From NCBI GenBank assembly GCA_020632475.1, contig JACKFM010000001.1, positions 272,125-336,124 of the forward strand: a stretch of 64,000 bases of DNA, written 5' to 3'. Origin of the DNA: Candidatus Omnitrophota bacterium (GTDB lineage Bacteria > Omnitrophota > Omnitrophia > Omnitrophales > Aquincolibacteriaceae). This document shows positions 31,201 through 37,200 of the stretch, piece by piece. Positions within the stretch are counted from its first letter, which is position 1. Each line of letters begins with the position of its first letter. The position numbers and the translations under genes were made by a program. Below the pieces are notes generated by a model. That model was not told the origin of the DNA. It searched no databases and saw only the letters and a list, made by a program, of their open reading frames with translations.

Positions 31201-34200
31201 ACCGCGCCTGGCGATGCAGGTGCTTGAAACCGAACATGAAACCGCCGACGAAAGGGTTTATGTTACCCAGACGCTTTATACCAGTGATCCCGCGGCAGAC
31301 ACAGTTAATTTTCTTCGCGGCCGTTATCTTCTCCATTTCAGCGGGGAAAAAGAAAACGATCCGGTGCGTGCTGAAGCCTGGAAAGCAGTTAATGAGGCTT
31401 TTGAAAAATATCGTGAATCGTTTAGCCCGAAGAGTGAATTGAGAAGACAGACTGCAGACCTGGTGACGGGGAGACTGGGAGTCCCTCTTACGTCAAGACT
31501 CCGTTGGACAAGCGAGGAAAGTGAGTCGGAAAGTCAGAAGGTCGAAAGTTCTCTATACCCGGAGCAATCTTTACGCCGGTCCGAGGCGAGAAGAACGACC
31601 TTCTTTAGTTTACTCTCTCTTTTGAATTACTTTTCCGTATCCGCAGGACTGGGTTTCCTTGCACACATTCTGTTCCCTGCAATTCCTTATTTGCCCGCAG
31701 CCGTTTTTGTTGCAGCCGCCGTATTTACGGGGATCTCTCCCTTTGGGGAGGAGTGGTTAATGTCCTTGGCCGACCGATTGAGATGGATTCCCGAATCATG
31801 GGTAAAAAAACGCGCCGTTCGCTTTTATGATCAAATAGCCTCCAGAGCGCATGCCTTAAAAGACAGTGAAATGATTGAAGGGCTCAAGAGAATTAACCCG
31901 GCATCACCCGTACGGCTTTTAATGGATCATATTTTGATCAGGGTGATGCAGATGTCCGATACGATCGGTTTTTACATTGAACAGGTGTTGTTCAAATTTC
32001 TTTTTAACTATACTGCGGTGGAGCAAATTCTGGAATTAGGTTATCAAAACCGCTACCGTCAGTTACGTAACACCATTCATAATGCCTATTCGGAATATCT
32101 TATGGATCGGCTGGAAGATTCATTTCACCGTTTTTATATCAGTTATCAGCTTGCCGCGCGCAGCTTACGCTACGCTTATTGGCCGATGCTTCCCTGGATT
32201 TTTGCCCGGTTTAATTTTAACAGTCTGATATTACTCGCATCGTTGTTTAGAACCGGTCCGCCTCAGAGTGCTTATGCCGCGCCGTCACGCTTTACGGTTT
32301 TAAGCTATAACCTGAAGACCTTGTGGTTTTTAGTGAGGGCTTTGATTTTTCAGGAAGATCTGACCGCTGCCGACGAATCCTTTTTCATCTTTTCGCGATC
32401 GCTGGTTGATGATGTGCTGGATACACCTTACAGCGTCAATCATCAGGACCGGCCCCATTTGGTGCGTTATATCCTTGATCTGATGACCCGTGCGGTTTCT
32501 GAGCAGCCGGGCCTGACAGACAGAGAAATCCGCCATTGGCAGTGGATTTATGTCACACAGAATCATGAACGCAGGGCCTTTAGCGTTTTACGTCACTCAG
32601 CCCGATACCGTAACGTTTTACGGCGGTTTATGTCGAATGAGCGAATGATTATTGAATCAACCGGAGCCCTCAGCCTCCGGAAACTTTTACAAACACTTGA
32701 TCTCGAGACGGCGGATCAGGTGTCTCTTGAAATGTCAAAGCAAAGCCGACACCGTGAGGATGAATTCAGGGAAGTTTTTGAAGGGCATATTTCAGTCAAA
32801 AATCAACTGTTCCATTGGAAATATCACGCCGTGTGGGCCGGAGTAGTATTAATGCTGGTCACGGCAGTGATGTTTTTGGCCGGTGCTCATGGAGTATTTA
32901 TGATGCCGGCGCTTCATTTTTATGCGCTGTTTATGCCCATTACGATTGCGAGCTTTGCTGCGCTGGCATTCAGTCTGATTTACCGGCAGGTGAAACATCA
33001 ACTGGATGCCGAGCTGAAAGAAAAGACCGCGGCTCATAACGAGGATCAAAACACGAAGATCGGTTTTAAACCTATTCACTCCCGGGTGGTGCTGGCACGT
33101 TACATTCCGCCCGGTCAAGATCTGCATCAGTCGGTATTGGCCCAGATTACGGATGTGGATCATGAGCGCCGCAGTGTCAGCCTTAAATATATTCAAGACG
33201 GCCGTTTGATCTATCGGCCTAAAGTCAATATGCGTTTCATACAGGTTCTTCAGGCAACCCAAGATTCAATGGCTTTGTTGGCCCGCCCCGGATTTTTGGG
33301 CGAAAGGGAATACCCTGAAACAATGGACGCTCAGGTTCTTGAGCGTTTTACCGGAGAGTTTACCCGTCTGGTTAAAGAAGGGGCCGATGGTGATTCGTTT
33401 GCGCTTCAACAACGCCCTCATTTTATAAAATTTGTTCTCGGAGAATATTTTGATTTTCTTAGTAGTGAGCATCGTGATGAATCCGAAGGGTGGCTGGATG
33501 ATCTTATGAAAAGTACTCTTGCGGATAAATATCATTCGGTTTTTGTTTCGCCACGCGGTTATGGGCGCTATCTACCCGATCTCATCAAAGAATTTTACCG
33601 GAAAAAATATATTGATCCGGCCGGACGGTGGAATTGGCCCGTGCTTTATAAGACTTTTGGATACGATTTTGTTTCGAACCTGAGGATTGATCTTATGAAA
33701 AGCCGGGAAAGCCTGAATGCTCAAGCTCATCTGAATCAGCTGGAATCCATTGAAGGAAAATTGGCCACCAGAGCATTTGTTTTGCGTATTGCACTTATGG
33801 CAGCCTTTTTGTTACTGCCGCTTTCACTGGTTTTTGCGGCCATGCCCAACTCGTTGGTCTTCATTGCTTCTGTGGCTTCAGTGACCCTGTTTTTCGGAGT
33901 CGATTTTTTTACCGGCCGGCTGGTGGATACGCTTGTCGATTATTCTCTGAAGTTAAAAAATCCTCATCAACCGCTTAACGCCTATGCCGATCAGGTGCTT
34001 TCGCAGCTTCAAATCGGTGATGAAGTTGAATATTTTGACCCGCGATACGCAGTGGTCCAAAAAGGTCTTTTACGACAGGAACTAGAGAAAGACCAACCGC
34101 TGGTGGCCGAGGTGCTTTCAATCAACCGCCAAAACCGGACCGTACGTTTGCGTTATTACTATTCCCGGGTAAGCAGTGATGGTCTTGAGTCGCATTACAC

Positions 34201-37200
34201 ACCCGACCAGGTTGAAGAAACAAGTGTGCTCGGCGGCCGAATTGAGAAACTGGAGTTAATTTCCGAACTTTTGGACGATCAGCTCAATGCCGGTGTGCCC
34301 AGGCATGCCGAACTCCGTACGTTGACCTCCCTTAAGCGTTTGGATGATAAAGTCATTGAGATTTATGAAGCCCGCATGGCGGCACTTAAAGCCAAATCCC
34401 AAAAACATAGGATCTTTTTTGGAGTGATCGCACTGGCGATTGCAGCCCTTGCCGCTATTTCATGGCAGACAGCGATATTGCTTGCAGCCCCATACGTGAT
34501 TTATGAGCTTGCGCGCATTTTGTTTTTTGATCATACGACGGTTCGCTGGCCGGTTCTGGGTGCTTTTTTTCGGGCAATTCCTGCGCGCGAAATGCAATTT
34601 CCAGCCCTTCAGAGGTTGTATGCCGATCCCGTGCAGTATTGGAACCAACGCAGTGTTCGTCAACGCGCACAAAGAATTGCGGATGTTGCCGAACAACGCT
34701 TTAAAGACGAGGTGAAAATTGTCAGGACCGTCGAACATACGGCTGATTTTGCTGAAAATGCGGCGGATGTTCTAAAACTGGTCACGGGTCGTGGTGGGGA
34801 AATTCAGGCCGGAAAAGGATTTGATCAGCGTGTGTTCACCCGGTTCAAAAGGGTTTATGCGGTAGACGAGGATGCTGTTTTTATGCTGACTCGGGACGGC
34901 CGTTTTTATCTGATGCATAAACTTGAATCCGGGACCCAGGAGGCTTCCGGCCGCGTGCAGGCCATTTTTGAAGCCGAGAGTCTGGGCGCTGTGACAGTGC
35001 CCATTCAGGTATCCGGGCGTCTGATCCGGAAAACCGTTCAGCAGGGCAAACAACGCGTTGAAGAATCCGTCACTAAAATTGATGGAGTGCCGTACGCCTT
35101 TTATAAGATCGAGAATTATCCCGATTGGTTTTTTAATCCCGAAGTAACCCTTGAACAAAAACAAGCGATGCTTGTGCGTGAGCAGAGCCCAGACTTGGTG
35201 ACGGGGAGACCGGGAGATGGGGAGACAGGGAGAAAAGAGACGGGGCGACAGGGTGACGGGGTGAGTGAGTTTAAAAGTCAGCAGGTCGAAGGTCCGGAAA
35301 GTCCTCAAGTCCCAGTTGAGTCCGCTCAGTCCCCAGTCCCCAGTCCTCAGTCCTCTGAAGCAACTGAGCCCGCGCCACTGCTCCCGAGCGACGAGCAACC
35401 AGCGACGAGCGACATCAATCCAGCCGAGTTGGAAAATGTTTCCGCGGATACGAGCGATCAAACCGTGCAGCTTGTGCGGGATCATACGGCGTATGCGGCC
35501 GATTTAAGCGGAGAAAGTGCCGGCGCAGAGGAGTTAAGAGACGCGTTGGCACATCTGACGCATGCCGTGCAATTGGGTTTGAAATTATTGGAGGTTGCAG
35601 CGCAAGATGCAGATACGCGCGATCTGCTTTATATCGCCGGGCAGTTTAAGTCTCTGTCGGATGCACTTGAGCGTGCTTTTGAGATTCGCGGAAGGTATCG
35701 TGCCTTAGTTCCGGAAGCCGAAGAACCCAGTCTGGATGAAAATCCGCTGATTCTGATGACTGCAACTCTATGGGAAGATGAATTCATGAAATATTTACCG
35801 GTGCCGCAGGCAGCCCGGATTTTGGATGCCGCCGCGCGTATGGCCTCAGAAGAACAATATTCTGAATCGGATTTGGCCGACAGTTTGTGGGCCACAGCAC
35901 TTCAAACCCTGGATCGCGACTGGACTCTGGATCTGGGATTTGAACGTTTGATGTATCAAAAGCAGGAAGCCGTTCAGAAAGAAAAGGTTAAAACGGCTGA
36001 GGTGGATTCTGAAAACCCGGCGCTTAAAAAGCAATTAAGTGATTTCTATTCTGGAGTCGGGCGGTTAAGAAAAGGGACTCCTGATAATGAGGCCATTATT
36101 GCGGTCGCTCTCCAGATTTTTGAAGCGATCAGTGACTGGCCGGATGAATATTATCAGAGAAAGGACGTTCAGGGGATGTCGATTGCCATGAGTCAGCTGG
36201 CGGGAATCATGCGTGAGCATGACCTTTATGAGCGTGCGGTAGAACTCCTGAAGCTTTATGTTTCCAAAACTGAAAATCAGCCGAATGCGTTTATTCTTTT
36301 TCATCTGGGTGGAATTTACCGCCGTGCAGCCCATTTTGCCTGGAAGGCAAACGATAGAAAAACCAATATCCGCTATTTAGAACGATCACTTTTTTATTAT
36401 GCGCAAGGATTGCCGGGTGCCAATCCGGATGAAAAATTGGATCCGGTGCTTGAGGGGTTGGCCAATCAGGTCATTCCGACGTTACTTAAAGCCGCACGCG
36501 AAGGCCGTTTTGATTGGAAAATGCTTAATCCGACACTTCGGCAATTTGTGACTTCAATCCGTCTGCTGATGCGACGGCATGAATGGATTCCTCAAAGCCA
36601 TGGTCAGCTGCTTGCACTGGCTTTAAACAAGATTGTGTTGGATTGGAAAACCCAAGGCCTTTATCAGGCTGCACAATTATCCGCTGAGTTGGCCTATGCG
36701 CTTGATCCTGTCAATCCGTATGTTCTTTTTAATCTTGCCGACATTGCCGTGGCGCAGGGGCGTTTGGACAAAGCGCGTGAATATAGAGAAGAGATTGTCC
36801 GTCTGAATGAGACCGCAGTAACACCATTTGATCTAAGAGTGCTTAATAGCCTTATTCGGCAGGCCGAGCGCAAAGAGGACCGCACGGATAAGGTGTTTGC
36901 ACCTGCGCATCAGGTGGTTATGTCGACCAAGAGAAGACGTGTGTTGGAAACAAAACTTCGGACATTGCCGCAAACAGCCGCGGCAGAGATTGACGAAACC
37001 ACACCGGCCGAAACGGACTGGAATGCCCTGATTGCCCTTTTGGATGAGATTGAGGTCTTTCACCGCCGTGTACGGACCGGTGAGCTGGTTGATGGAGCAG
37101 TGTTTGAAGAACAGGAGCGCCTTCAGAATCAAATCGCCGGATATGAATTTGAAGAAATCGGAAGATTTTATGCATTATTGTATCTGGATTCCACCGATGA

